DNA from: Anaeramoeba ignava BMAN
Lineage: Eukaryota > Protista > Anaeramoebae
Assembly: GCA_028826165.1 (NCBI GenBank)
Contig: JAPDFW010000011.1
Coordinates: 558,001-622,000, forward strand
DNA: 64,000 nt
Reading direction: 5' to 3'
The notes below the pieces were generated by a model. That model ran no database searches and was not told where the DNA came from. It worked only from the letters and a program-made list of their open reading frames with translations. Shown here one piece after another: positions 11,845-40,843 of the stretch. How positions within the stretch are numbered: the first letter of the stretch is position 1; each line of letters begins with the position of its first letter. The translations under genes were made by a program, and so were the position numbers.

Positions 11845-14800
11845 TTAATTTTGTTTTTTAATATCTTCTTCTTTTTTAATATCAGTTTCATTTAATTCAT
11901 CTTTTTTAATATCTTCTTCTTTTTTAATATCTGTTTCATTTAATTCATCTTCTTTTTTAATATCTGTTTCATTTAATTCATCTTTTTTAATATCAGTTTG
12001 ATTTAATTCATCTTTTTTAATATCTTTTTGATTTAATTCATCTTTTTTAATATCTTCTTCTTTTTTAATATCTGTTTCATTTAACTCATCTTCTTTTTTA
12101 ATATCTGTTTGATTTAATTCATCTTTTTTAATATCTGTTTCATTTAATTCATCTTCTTTTTAATATCTTCTTCTTTTTTAATATCAGTTTCATTTAATTC
12201 ATCTTTTTTAATATCTGTTTCATTTAATTCATCTTTTTTAATATCTGTTTCATTTAATTCTTCTTTTTAATATCTGTTTCATTTAATTCTTCTTTTTAAT
12301 AAGTATCTTCTTTTTAATATCTCTGTTTCATTTAATTCATCTTTTTTCAGTTTCATTTAATTCATCTTTTTTAATATCTGTTTCATTTAATTCATCTTTT
12401 TAATATCTTCTTGTTTTTAATATCAGTTTCTTTTTAATATCTGTTTCTTTTTAATTCTTTTTTAATATCTGTTTCATTTAAATTCTTCTTTTTTTTTTAA
12501 TATCTTTTCATTTAATTCTTCTTTTTTAATATCTGTTTGATTTAATTCATCTTTTTTAATATCTGTTTCATTTAATTCATCTTTTTTAATATCTGTTTCA
12601 TTTAATTCATCTTCTTTTTTAATATCTGTTTCATTTAATTCATCTTTTTTAATATCAGTTTCATTTAATTCATCTTTTTTAATATCTGTTTTATTTAATT
12701 CATCTTTTTTAATATCTTCTTCTTTTTTAATATCAGTTTCATTTAATTCTTCTTTTTTAATATCTGTTTCATTTAATTCATCTTTTTTAATTCTTCTTTT
12801 TTAATATCTGTTTCATTTAATTCGTCTTGATCCAAATTTTCCATTTGATCAAAATCAAAAGAATTATTTCGTTTATGAGGTTTTGGAGGTAAAAGTGGAG
12901 GTTTTTCATTATCATTTTCATTATCATCATTATTTTTATCATTTTCTACATATTCATTTTGATATTCTTGTTCTTGATTTTCATAATAATAATAATCATC
13001 ATTTTTTTGGTCTTGATCAAAATCAAAAGCATTATTTCTTTTATGAGGTTTTGGAGGTAAAGGTGGAGGTTTTTCATTATCATTTTTATTATCATTTTTA
13101 TTATCATTTTTATTATCGTCATTATTTTTATCATTTTCTACATATTCATTTTTATATTCTTGTTCTTGATTTTCATAATAATAATAATCATCTTCATTCT
13201 TTTCATCTTGATATCCATATTGATTTTCTAAATGAGTATCATCTGTAATTTTTTTGAGAAAATCATCATAATATCCATCATTTTGGTCATCTGTTGTATG
13301 AATAATTAAATCATCATCATCGTCATCAAACCAATCATCATTTTCAAGGTTATCAGGATTAAAAAAGCTATTTGGATCAACTTCCTATTTTTTTTGTAAT
13401 TTTAATTTTATTTTTAATTTTAATTTTAATTTTAATTTTAATTTTGAATTTGATTTTAATTTTAATTTTAATTTTAATTTTATTTATTTTAATTTTGAAT
13501 TTAATTTTAATTTTAATTTTAAATTTGAATTTAATTTAATTTTAATTTTAATTTTAATTTTAATTTTAATTTTAATTTTAATTTTAATTTTAATTTTTTT
13601 AATTTTAATTTTAATTTTAATTTTAATTTTAATTTTAATTTTAATTTTAATTTTAATTTTAATTTTAATTTTAATTTTAATTTTAATTTTAATTTTAATT
13701 TTAATTTTAATTTTAATTTTAATTTTAATTTTAATTTTAATTTTAATTTTAGAATTTTATAATTTTGAATTTTAATTTTAATTTTAATTTTAAATTTAAT
13801 ATTAATTAATACTTGTGTTTTCAAATCTGAATCATTATGAATTATAATATCATCATCATCATCAACAAAATCATCAGTGTCATTAAATGGATCATCACTG
13901 AATGTATGAGTTGTAGTAACAAATTCACCAATCATAGTTGTAGAAACTTTATTAACTTGTTCAAGTGTTGATCCAACAAAATTAATCCATTTTTCATTTT
14001 CTAAATTTATTTTTTAAATATTTTCATTTTTTAAATGTTTTAAATTTTTTTCAAATTAAAAAATAATTTACTATCCAAAATATTTTTAACATTTTCATTT
14101 TGTTCTGATATCTTAACAATTTCATTAGAAATATTATAAAAATGATGAATAAATCCAGAATTTCTAAAAGAAAAAAAAATAATAAATAAAATTTTTTGTT
14201 TTCTTTTCGAATTAAAATTAAATCAAAGTTGATTACATTTCCTTTTTTTCTATGGAATTAATTATTGTTTGAATTAAGTTATATTCTCCAAATAAATTAT
14301 TAAGAAAAATTTCTTTGTTCTGTCTTAAAGTATTAGTTATAATCTCATATATTTTAAGATGCATAAAAGTATTATTTGGGAATTTTTCAAATAAATTCTT
14401 TTAAAAAAATAAAATCATTTTAGAATATTTTTTTGTTTTCTTTTGTTTTTTGAAATTAAAAAACTTACAATCAAAATTGAAAATATTCCTTTTTCAATAA
14501 TAAGTTTATGCAATGGAGAATAATTTATATTAAGAATAACATCAATAAAATGAAGAATTTCCATTCTTCTTTGTCCATAAGGTTCAAATTCTCCATGAGA
14601 TAATTTTATTTTTTGCTCTTGAATCTTTTAAATCAAATTAAAATTAAAATTAAAATTAAATATTTTAAATTAAATTAAATTAAATTAAATTAAATCAAAT
14701 TAAAATTAAAATTAAAATTAAAATTAAATTAAATATTTTAAATTGAATTAAATCAAAATTAAATTAAATTAAATCAAATATTTTAAATTAAATTAAATTA

Positions 14801-16348
14801 AATTAAATTTTACAGAAATTTGCTCAATAAATTCTGTAAAATGTTCAATAACAAATTTGAGAGAAAATGGAATTTCTTGAATGTTTTCAAAATTGATCAT
14901 TTTTGTTTGAATTTTTAAAATTTCTGTGAAAACTTCAATTCTTTTTGTGTACATTTTGTTTGAATCCTTTTTAATTGAAAATAAAAGGAATTGAATTGAA
15001 TTCGAAAATATTTTTTCTTAAAATATTTAATGATTGAATTACTTTAGTAATTAAAAGGTTAAGAAGATTTGAAAGAATTTCTTCGCTTTCAATTTTTTCT
15101 TTTAATGGAGTATTGTATTCAAAATGTAAAGAATATAAACTTTTTAAACATCTGGAAGTATTTTCAAAATTCTAAAATTTTTTCAATGAATTTTTTCAAT
15201 GAATTTTTTTAATAAATAAAAATTGAACAAACAAACATTTTGATTTTTTGTTGGTTTAAGAAGCTCAATTAACTTGTTTATTAAATCATTCTTTTCAAAA
15301 TACTAAATAAAATTAAATTAAAATTAAAATTAAAATTAAATTAAAATTAAATTAAAATTAAATTAAAATTAAATTAAAATTAAATTAAATTAAAATTAAA
15401 TTAAATTAAAATTAAATTAAATTACATTTTGGATTTTTTCTGAAAATTTTTCTGAACTTAATTGAATAATTCTTTCTAAAACATCCGCACAATTTGAATC
15501 ATAAAGATGATTAAGTAATTTATCAATGATTTCGTTATTTTCTACTAAATAATCTAAAGTCTTTTGAATTAAGAATCGTTTAATTTTTTAATGATTTTTT
15601 TAATTCAAAATAAAATTTGTTTTTTTTTTTGATTTGGATTTTTAAATACTTCGTTTTCTTTTCGACGAAGTTGAATCAAAGCAGTTTTTGAAAAATTTGA
15701 TGAAAATATAGGATTTAATGGAGATGGATTATCTAGATATTGAAATATTTGATCCATTAAACTTTTTTCTTTTGAAATTGTTTCAATAATTCGAAAAATT
15801 TCCGAATTGATAATTTGACTTGAAACAAAAGGATATCTTTTTAAATTAAAAATTAAAATTAAAATTAAAATTAAAATAAAAATTAAAAATTTTCATTTTG
15901 TTGATTTGAATTATATTTTACTTTTGTCGTATTTTTTCATCAATTTCATCACTTTTTGGTGCAACAAGTTCATATTTTAAAAGTTTTGAAATAACTTCAA
16001 CTGATGAAATACTATTAATTATAAATTATAAATTAATTTTAAAAAAGAAAAAAAATTTTTTATAAATTTTTTTTATTCTTCTTTTATTCTTCAATTTTTA
16101 TTAAAATTAAATTTTAAATTGAAAAATTAAATTTTAAATTGAAAAATTTTTTTTTTCTAAAAATAATAAAGAATAAAATAATTTTAATTGGTTTTTATAT
16201 TAAATTACTAATTGGAAAGATCTCTTGAACCAAATCTACATTGTTGAATTATATCTTCTTGATCTAGAAGCTCTTCTAAAGTAAAAGATTCTTTTTGAAG
16301 AATCTTTAAAACTTCAGATTGCTTCATTTTAAGAAAGAAAGGCATCAT
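11845..16348 (-). CDS. SIT4/PP6-associated (SAPS domain) regulatory subunit, ~12 exons, with a long repetitive acidic C-terminal tail
   Basis: TLEELLDQEDIIQQCR, KYPFVSSQII, PLNPIFSSNFSK, PYGQRRMEI, FEKFPNNTFMH, SGFIHH..ISN, KWINFV; all inferred introns are GT-AG and in phase. The tail has indels, so the stop position is approximate. Confidence 0.85.
11850..12830 (-). repeat. Coding minisatellite, ~30 copies of a 30-33 bp unit encoding DIKK(E)DELNET
   Basis: Tandem ttttttaatatctgtttcatttaattcatc units on the + strand. Confidence 0.85.
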
Positions 16349-16509
16349 TTTGTTTAAAAATTATTTTTTAAAAATTATTTTGTTTTGTTTTGTTTTGTAA
16401 ATAAAAAAGAAAAAAAAAATATGAAAAAATAAAAATGAAAATTGAAAAAATCAAAAAAAAAACGTTAAAAAATTTATTTTTCTTTTTTAATAAATTTAAT
16501 TTGATTAAA

Positions 16510-18125
16510 CAATTTAAATATTATTTTTAAATTATTTTTAAATTTTATTATTTTCTTTGTTCCACTTTTATTTAAATATTATTTTTTAAATTTTTTTTAA
16601 TTTTATTATTTTCTTTGTTCCACTTTTGTTTAAATTATTTTTTTAAATTTTTTTTAATTTTATTATTTTCTTTGTTCCACTTTTATTTAAATATTATTTT
16701 TTAAATTATTTTAAATTTTATTATTTTCTTTGTTCCACTTTTGTTTAAATATTATTTTTAAATTTTATTATTTTCTTTGTTCCACTTTTATTTAAAAATT
16801 TTTTTTAAATTATTTTAAATTTTATTATTTTTTTTTGTTCTACTTTTGTTTAAATATTATTTTTAAATTATTTTTAAATTTTATTATTTTCTTTGTTCCA
16901 CTTTTGTTTAAATTATATTTTTTAAATTTTTTTAAATTTTATTATTTTCTTTGTTCCACTTTTATTTAAATATTATTTTTAAATTATTTTAAATTTTATT
17001 ATTTTTTTTGTTCCACTTTTATTTAAATATTATTTTTTAAATTATTTTTTTAAATTTTATTATTTTCTTTGTTCCACTTTTATTTAAATATTATTTTTAA
17101 ATTATTTTAAATTTTATTATTTTTGTTCCACTTTTTGTTTTAAATATTATTTTTAAATTATTTTTTAAATTTTTATTATTTTCTTTGTTCCCTTTTTATT
17201 TAAAATATTATTTTTTAAATTTATTTTTAAATTTTATTATTTTCTTTGTTCCACTTTTATTTAAATTATTTTTAAATTATTTTTATTTTTTTATTATTTT
17301 CTTTTGTTCCACTTTTGTTTAAAATATTATTTTTAAATTATTTTAGATTTTATTATTTTCTTTGTTCCACTTTTATTTAAATATTATTTTTAATATTATT
17401 TTAAATTTTATTATTTTCTTTGTTCCACTTTTATTTAAATTATTTTTTAAATTATTTTAAATTTTATTATTTTTCTTTGTTCCACTTTTATTTAAATATT
17501 ATTTTTTAAATTATTTTAAATTATTTTTATTTTCTTTGTTCCACTTTTGTTTAAATTTTATTTTTTAAATTATTTTAAATTTTTATTTTCTTTGTTCCAC
17601 TTTTGTTTAAATATTATTTTTTAAATTATTTTAAATTTTTATTTTTTCTTTGTTCCACTTTTGTTTAAAATTATTTTTAAATTATTTTTCAAAGTATTAT
17701 TTTTCTTTGTTTCACTTTTTTTTTTATTTTATTTTTTTACTTTTTTTTAAATTTTTTATTTTTTCTTTGTTCCACTTTTGTTTTAAATTTTATTTTTTAA
17801 ATTATTTTAAATTTTTATTATTTTCTTTGTTCCACTTTTGTTTAAATATTATTTTTTAAATTTTATTATTTTCTTTGTTCCACTTTTGTTTAAATATTAT
17901 TTTTAAATTATTTTAAATTTTTATTATTTTCTTTGTTCCACTTTTATTTAAATATTATTTTTAAAATTATTTTTAAATTTTATTATTTTCTTTGTTCCAC
18001 TTTTGTTTAAATATTATTTTTAAATTATTTTTAATTTTATTATTTTCTTTGTTCCACTTTTGTTTAAATATTATTTTTAAATTTTATTTTTTTCTTTGTT
18101 CCACTTTTGTTTAAATTTTATTTTT
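16510..18125. repeat. Tandem array of ~28 copies of a ~59-bp unit with core TTTTCTTTGTTCCACTTTT
   Basis: GTTCCACTTTT recurs at 16559, 16617, 16674, 16733 ... 18051 and 18098 with near-identical AT-rich linkers; occasional ~47-bp short units. Confidence 0.9.
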
Positions 18126-18132
18126 TAAATTT

Positions 18133-34545
<16,413 letters not shown>

Positions 34546-34646
34546 TTTTAAATAAAAAAAAAAAAAAGAAAAATTAATTTAAAAAAAAAAATGAAAAAAT
34601 TTTTGATAATTTTTTTTTCATTTTTTTTTCATTTTTTTTTTTAAAA
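34546..34646. promoter_or_regulatory. ~100-bp bidirectional promoter (BEACH/DDX27) with outward-facing TTTCATTT Inr-like elements
   Basis: AAAATGAAAA at ~34588 (minus-sense TTTTCATTTT) and TTTTCATTTT at 34615 and 34626 (plus sense). Confidence 0.65.
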
Positions 34647-37089
34647 ATGGATGATTTTATTATGACAATAGAAGAAGATACAGAAGTACCAAATCTTTCT
34701 TCAGATGATGAAGGTGATAAGAATTTAAATACAAACGTAAATTAAAATCAAATCAAATCAAATTAAATTTAAAATTAAAAAAAATTAAAAAATTATTTTT
34801 TTTTTTGAAATTTTAAAATAAAAAAAATAGAAGATAATTAATTTTTGAAGAAGATCAAAAACAAAAAAACAAAAAACAAAGTTGGAGTTTTCAAAATGCA
34901 TTAAAAACTGTTAGAGAAGATCGTTTTGGAACAACAACAGATGAAAAAATTAAAAAATTACAAGAAAATAAAAATAAAAATAAAAAACAAAAAAAAAAAA
35001 TAAAAAAAAAAAAAATTAAAAGAAAATGAAAATGAAAATGAAAAAGAAAATGAAAAGAAAAATGAATTTGAAGATGATATAACAAAGCCAATTAAAACAA
35101 AAAGAAAGAAAAAAGAGAAAAAACAAGGAAAAATTATAGTTGAAGATGAAAAAAATTTAAATGAAAAAAATTCAAATGAAAAAGATGAAAATGAAAAAAA
35201 TTCAAATGAAAAAAATGAAAAAAATTTAAATCAAAATTCCAAAATCCAAAAAATTGCTCAAAAATCCCAAAAGCTAGAATTTTTTGATTTCAATCTTTCG
35301 AGACCAATTTTAAAATCGATAAAAGAGCTTCAATACGATCAACCAACACCAATTCAAGAACGAGTAATACCTTTTATAATGGAAGGGAGAGATGTATGTG
35401 GGAGTGCAATAACAGGATCAGGAAAAACAGCATCATTTGTAATTCCCATTATAGAGAGACTTCTTTTCCGACAGAAAGAAATCTCAGCAACAAGAGTACT
35501 TATATTATCACCAACAAGAGAACTATCAGCACAATGTTTTTCTGTGATCGAAAATTTTACAAAATTCACAAATATCCGGAGTTGTCTTTCAGTTGGCGGA
35601 CTTTCAAACAAAATCCAAGAGGCAGGATTAAGGACACGACCGGATATAATTGTGGCAACACCTGGGAGAATGATCGATCACTTACTCAATTCGCAATCAG
35701 TGGGTCTTGAAGACATTGAGATTCTTGTACTTGATGAAGCGGATCGGCTACTTGAACTTGGATTTCTCGAGTCGATTAACGAAATCATCAGACAATGTCC
35801 CAAGAATAGACAGACGTTGATGTTTTCCGCAACAATTACACCAAATGTTCAAAAGTTGGCTCGGCAAATCCTTAAGAAACCCGTTTATGTTCATGTTGAT
35901 GAATTGTTCGAAATTCCGGCAGAACTTACACAAGAATTTGTGAGAGTTAGAAATAGTTCTGATTCAGATTTATATCGCGAAAGCCTCATTTTGAGTCTTT
36001 GTTCGAGAGAATTTATTAACCGCGTTTTAATTTTTTTTCCGACAAAAAGAGAAGCGCATCGAATGAAAATAATTTTCACACTGGCTGGCTTCAAAGCGGC
36101 TGAGCTCCATGGAAACCTCACACAAGAAGAGCGACTGGAATCTCTTGAGAGATTTACCAAACACGAAGTCGACTATTTGGTTGCTACTGATGTAGCCAGT
36201 AGAGGTCTTGACATCGAAGGAATTCGTGTTGTCATCAACTCAAGCATGCCAAAAACAGTTACTCAGTATGTCCACAGAATAGGTCGCACAGCCCGCGCAG
36301 GAAAACAAGGCAGGGCAATTACTTTCTTTGGAGAGAATGACAGATCCTTGTTGAAGGTTATTGCTAAAAATACTCACCAAAATGTCAAACGAAGAATTAT
36401 TCCAAATCAAATAATCCAATATTGGGAAAATAAAATCAAGGAATTCTCAAAAGACATCTCCTCAATATTATCCCAAGAGAAAGAAGAAATGAATCTCAGA
36501 ATTGCAGAGAGAGACTTCCAAAAGGCAGAAAATAATCTTTTGTTTGAAAAAGAGATTCTAAGCAGACCAAAAAAAGTCTGGTTCGAGTCAACAAAACAAA
36601 AATTGGTTTCAAAATCTAAAGATCTTGCTATGTATTTGGGTCAAGACCCCCAGCAAACAAATACACAAGATTCTCCTTCTGAAAATATTGATGATGATAA
36701 CCAGAAATCTAAGAAGCCAAGAAAGAATTTAACTCGTCGTCAAAGAAAAAATCAAATGCAAAATGAAGAAGAAAAAAAACTTCAATCTTTTATAACAAAA
36801 TCTGCAAAAAGATCTTTTAAAATTAAAAAAAGAGCCAAAGAAATGAATCAAAATAATCCCAGAACAAAATCTCCGCGTAAATCTAATCAATCTGAAAACA
36901 AAAAGAAACCAAATGAAAAATCAAATGAAATCAAATGAAAAATCAAATGAAAAATCTTTTGGATTTACAGAAGAATTAACAAATCCAAATTCAATTTCTT
37001 TAAGAGATTTTAATTTAAAAAAAGAAAAGAAATTTAAAAATAGAAAAGGTCGTTTTAAATCAAAAAAAAGATATAAAAGAAGAAAATAA
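34647..37089 (+). CDS. DDX27: DEAD-box RNA helicase DDX27/Drs1 (one 5' intron; homopolymer frameshifts near 35000 and 36935)
   Basis: Q-motif PTPIQ, TGSGKT, PTREL, TPGR.IDHL.NS.SVGL, DEAD, SAT, LTQEFVR, HRIGRTARAG, ILSRPKK.WF; basic C-terminus FKSKKRYKRRK. Confidence 0.9.
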
Positions 37090-37371
37090 TTCAAAAATTC
37101 AAATTAAAAATTAGAATTAAAAATTAGAATTAAGAATTAGAAATAAAAATTAGAATTAAAAATTAAAAATATTTTTGTTTTTGTTGTTTCATTTCTGAAG
37201 TTTTTAAAATCCTAATTAAATCAAATCAAATCAAATCAAATCAAATTAAAAGAAAAAAGAAGAAAAAAAAGAAAAACACAAAAAAAAAATTTTTTTTCTT
37301 TTGAGGAAATTTCAAAATTCCAAATTTACTTTTTTTTTTGGTTTTTTTGGTTTTTTTGTTTTTTAAACTCT

Positions 37372-40300
37372 TTAATACTTGAAAAGATAAGTTTTCTTTT
37401 CTTTCCTTACTTTTGGTTTTGGTTGAACTCTTTTAACTTTAGGAGTAGTTTTTTGAACTTTAAAAGTTGTTTTATTCTTAAGATGTGGATTAACAATATC
37501 ATCATGACAACGTTCACAAATTGGCTAAAAAAAGTAAAAGGATTAAATAAATAATTAAATAAATAATTAAATAAATAATTAAATAAATACATTTCCATAT
37601 TGTTCAAAAAATTTTGAAGTTGATAATTTTTTTCCACATCTTGAACAAATAAAACAATTTGGATGATAATATCGATTTAATGCTTCAATTGCTCCTGATG
37701 TAATAGCAAGATTGCATGTATGACAATAAAGACTTGGTTCTGATTTTACTATTGGTGATGTTCTTGTTGTTGTTCTTGTATTTTTAAAAGATGGTCCAGG
37801 TCCAACTTCTTTATCATGACATAATTCACAAATTGGCTAAATTTATATTTTAATTTTGATTTAAATTTTAATTTAATTTGAATTTTAATTTTAATTTTAA
37901 TTTTAATTTTAATTTTAATTTTAATTTTAATTTTAATTTTAATTTTAATTTTAATTTTAATTTTAATTTTAATTTTAATTTTAATTTTGATTTTAAATTT
38001 TAATTTTAATTTTAATTTTAATTTTAATTTTAATTTTAATTTTAATTTTTATTTTTAATTTTTAATTTTAATTTTAATTTTAATTTTAATTTTAATTTTT
38101 AATTTTAAATTTTAATTTTAATTTTAATTTTAATTTTAATTTTAATTTTATAAATGAATTTTAATTTTAATTTTGATTTTATAAATGAATTTTAATTTTA
38201 ATTTTAATTTTAATTTTAATTTTAATTTTAATATTAATTTTAATATTAATTTTGATTTTAATTTTGTAAATGAATTTTAATTTTAATTTTAAATTTTAAT
38301 TTTAATCTTCTTGAATAAAAAACACACTTTTCCATAATATTCATAAAATTTAGAAGGACGAAGTTTTAAACCACATTTAGAACAAAGAAAACAATTTGGA
38401 TGATAACTTTTACCAAGAGCTTCAACAACACCTGAAGAAATAGGCAAACCACAAGTTTCACAAGTTAAAGATTTAGAACGAGAATCAATAACATAATTAG
38501 TTTTAGAAGTAGTCATTAAATCAAGACATTTCTGACAATAATAATGACCATCTTCTTTAAAGAAAGGACGATGAGCAAGACCAATATCGCATCTGTAGCA
38601 AGTAAAGCAAGAAGGATGATAATCATTTCCATCAACTCTTGCAACTTCTCCTTCAATTTTCTTGAAGCATTTGGTGCATGTTGGTAAATCTTTGATATCA
38701 TATACTACTTGTGTGTTTGGGCTGCGTGTTCGATATGGTGATTGAGTTTTTGGTGTTGAATTTATTCTTGTTATGTTTCTTTCGGTTTCTTCAAATTTTG
38801 GTTTTGTTAATTTCTCATGACATCCTCCACAGTAATAATGTCCATTTTCAAAAAAGAATTCTGTTGTGCTTAATTGTCGATCGCATTTGAAACAGCAGAA
38901 ACATTGTTCATCTGTTGTTTTTTTTTAGATATTTTTTAATATTCCATTTTTATTTTCAATTTTTGATTTAATTCAATATTTAATTTAATTTAATATTTAA
39001 TTCAATTCAATTCAATATAATTCAATTTAATTTTTATATTCAATTCAATTCAATTCAATTTAATTCAATTCAATTTAATTCAATTTAATTTAATTTAATT
39101 TAATTTAATTTAATTTAATTTAATTTTATATTTAATACAATTCAATTCAATTTAATTCAATTCAATTTAATATTTAATTTAATTCAATATTTTAATTCAA
39201 TTTAATTTAATTCAATTCAATTCTAATATTTAATTCAATTTAATTCAATTCAATATTTAATTCAATTCAATTTAATTTAATTCCAATTCAATTTAATTTT
39301 ATTTAAAGTTTAAATTCAATTCAATTAATTTTATTTATTTAATTCAATTTTAATATTTATTCAATTCAATTTTTATTTAATTTAATTTAATTCAATTTAA
39401 TATTTAATTCAATTTTCAATTCAATATTTAATTCAATTCAATTTAATATTCAATTTAATTCAATTCAATTCAATTTAATATTCAATTTAATTCAATATTT
39501 AATTCAATTTAATTTAATTTTATATTCAATTTAATTCAATTTAATTCAATTCAATTCAATTTAATTCAATTCAATTTAATTCAATTCAATATTTAATTTA
39601 ATTCAATTCAATTCAATTCAATTCAATTCAATTCAATATTTAATTTAATTTAATATTTAATTCAATTCAATTCAATATTTAATTTAATTTAATATTTAAT
39701 TCAATTCAATTCAATTCAATTCAATTCAATTCAATTCAATTCAATTCAATTCAATTCAATTCAATTCAATTCAAATTTAATTCAATTTAATTCAATTTAA
39801 TTCAATTTAATTCCAATTCAATTTAATTTAATTCCAATTCAATTCAATTTAATTCAATTCAATTTAATATTTAATTCAATTTAATTCAATTCAATTTAAT
39901 TCAATTTAATTTAATTTAATATTCAATTTAATTTAATTTAATTTTCAATTCAATATTTAATATTAAATTTAAATAATAAATCAAAATAATTATCATTAAT
40001 TGTTCAAAAAAAAAAAACACTTACGATAATGTCTATCATCAACTTCAATAATTTTTCCAGTAATTTCTCTATGACAAGCAGAGCATCTATAAGTAGGAGA
40101 AAGATTATTAGTTGGAGAAGATCTATTAAAAGAATTATTAGTCGGAGAAGATCGATTAAAAGAAGTTTTAGGAGAACTTTTAGGAGAAGAATAAGAATCA
40201 GAAGGTCTCAAAAAGGTTCCACCGCTTCCCCAAGTTTTTTTCTTATTTCCAGCCTTGACTTGATCATGTCGCATTTTTTCAATAACTTCTGGTTGGTCCC

Positions 40301-40526
40301 GATAACTTGATAAATTCGCACCCATTCCATATCCACTTTGACGAAATAATCGGTTGTAACAAGTATGACAATAGGGTTGATTGTTGTGCTCAGAATACTT
40401 CGCCCGGTTCAATCGCTCCCCACATGATGTACATGTAAAACATGCTTTGTGCCAATGTCGATCAAGTGCATCGATTTTTTCCATTTGGTAGATTAACTTC
40501 CCACATTTGGTACAATACCAAGACAT
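37372..40526 (-). CDS. Five-LIM-domain protein (CRP/paxillin-like), 4 exons
   Basis: Five C..C...H..CF.C..C...C..C units after splicing at 40024/38912, 38327/37837 and 37590/37525. Confidence 0.85.
38960..39960. repeat. Pentamer satellite (ATTCA/ATTTA)n in LIM intron 1
   Basis: Pure (ATTCA)n run at ~39700-39772 in a mosaic of two pentamers. Confidence 0.85.
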
Positions 40527-40843
40527 CTTTTCAGTTGGTTTTTTTGTTTTTTTAAAAAAAATTTAATTGAAAAATTTAAAATAAAAAAGGAAAAAAAAAT
40601 GAAAAATGAAAAATGAAAAATTAAAAAAATATTTTTTGATTATTTTCAAAAATTAAAATTAAATTAAAAATTAAAATTAAAATTAAATTGGAAATTAAAA
40701 TTAAAATTAAAATTAAATTAAAATTAAATTAAAATTAAATTAAAATTCCAAAAAAATTTTTTTTGCTTTTTTCATTTTTTCATTTTTTTCATTTTTTTCA
40801 TTTTTTTCTTTTTCATTTTTTTATTTTTTTCTTTTTATAAAAA
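40527..40843. promoter_or_regulatory. Bidirectional promoter (LIM/RhoGEF) with 3 minus-strand and 5 plus-strand TCATTTT elements
   Basis: aaaatgaaaaatgaaaaatgaaaaa at 40596-40620; ttcattttttcatttttttcatttttttca...tttcatttt at 40771-40820. Confidence 0.65.

Noticed and set aside
16510-18125. CRISPR-like appearance (conserved core with regular spacing)
   Set aside because: The 'spacers' are near-identical AT-rich copies rather than unique sequences; no cas genes; eukaryotic context.
34960-36960. Programmed frameshifting in DDX27 (also BEACH ~25150-25550 and ~30360, Top2-like ~6850)
   Set aside because: The breaks lie mostly in homopolymers or microsatellites typical of long-read indel errors in otherwise conserved genes.
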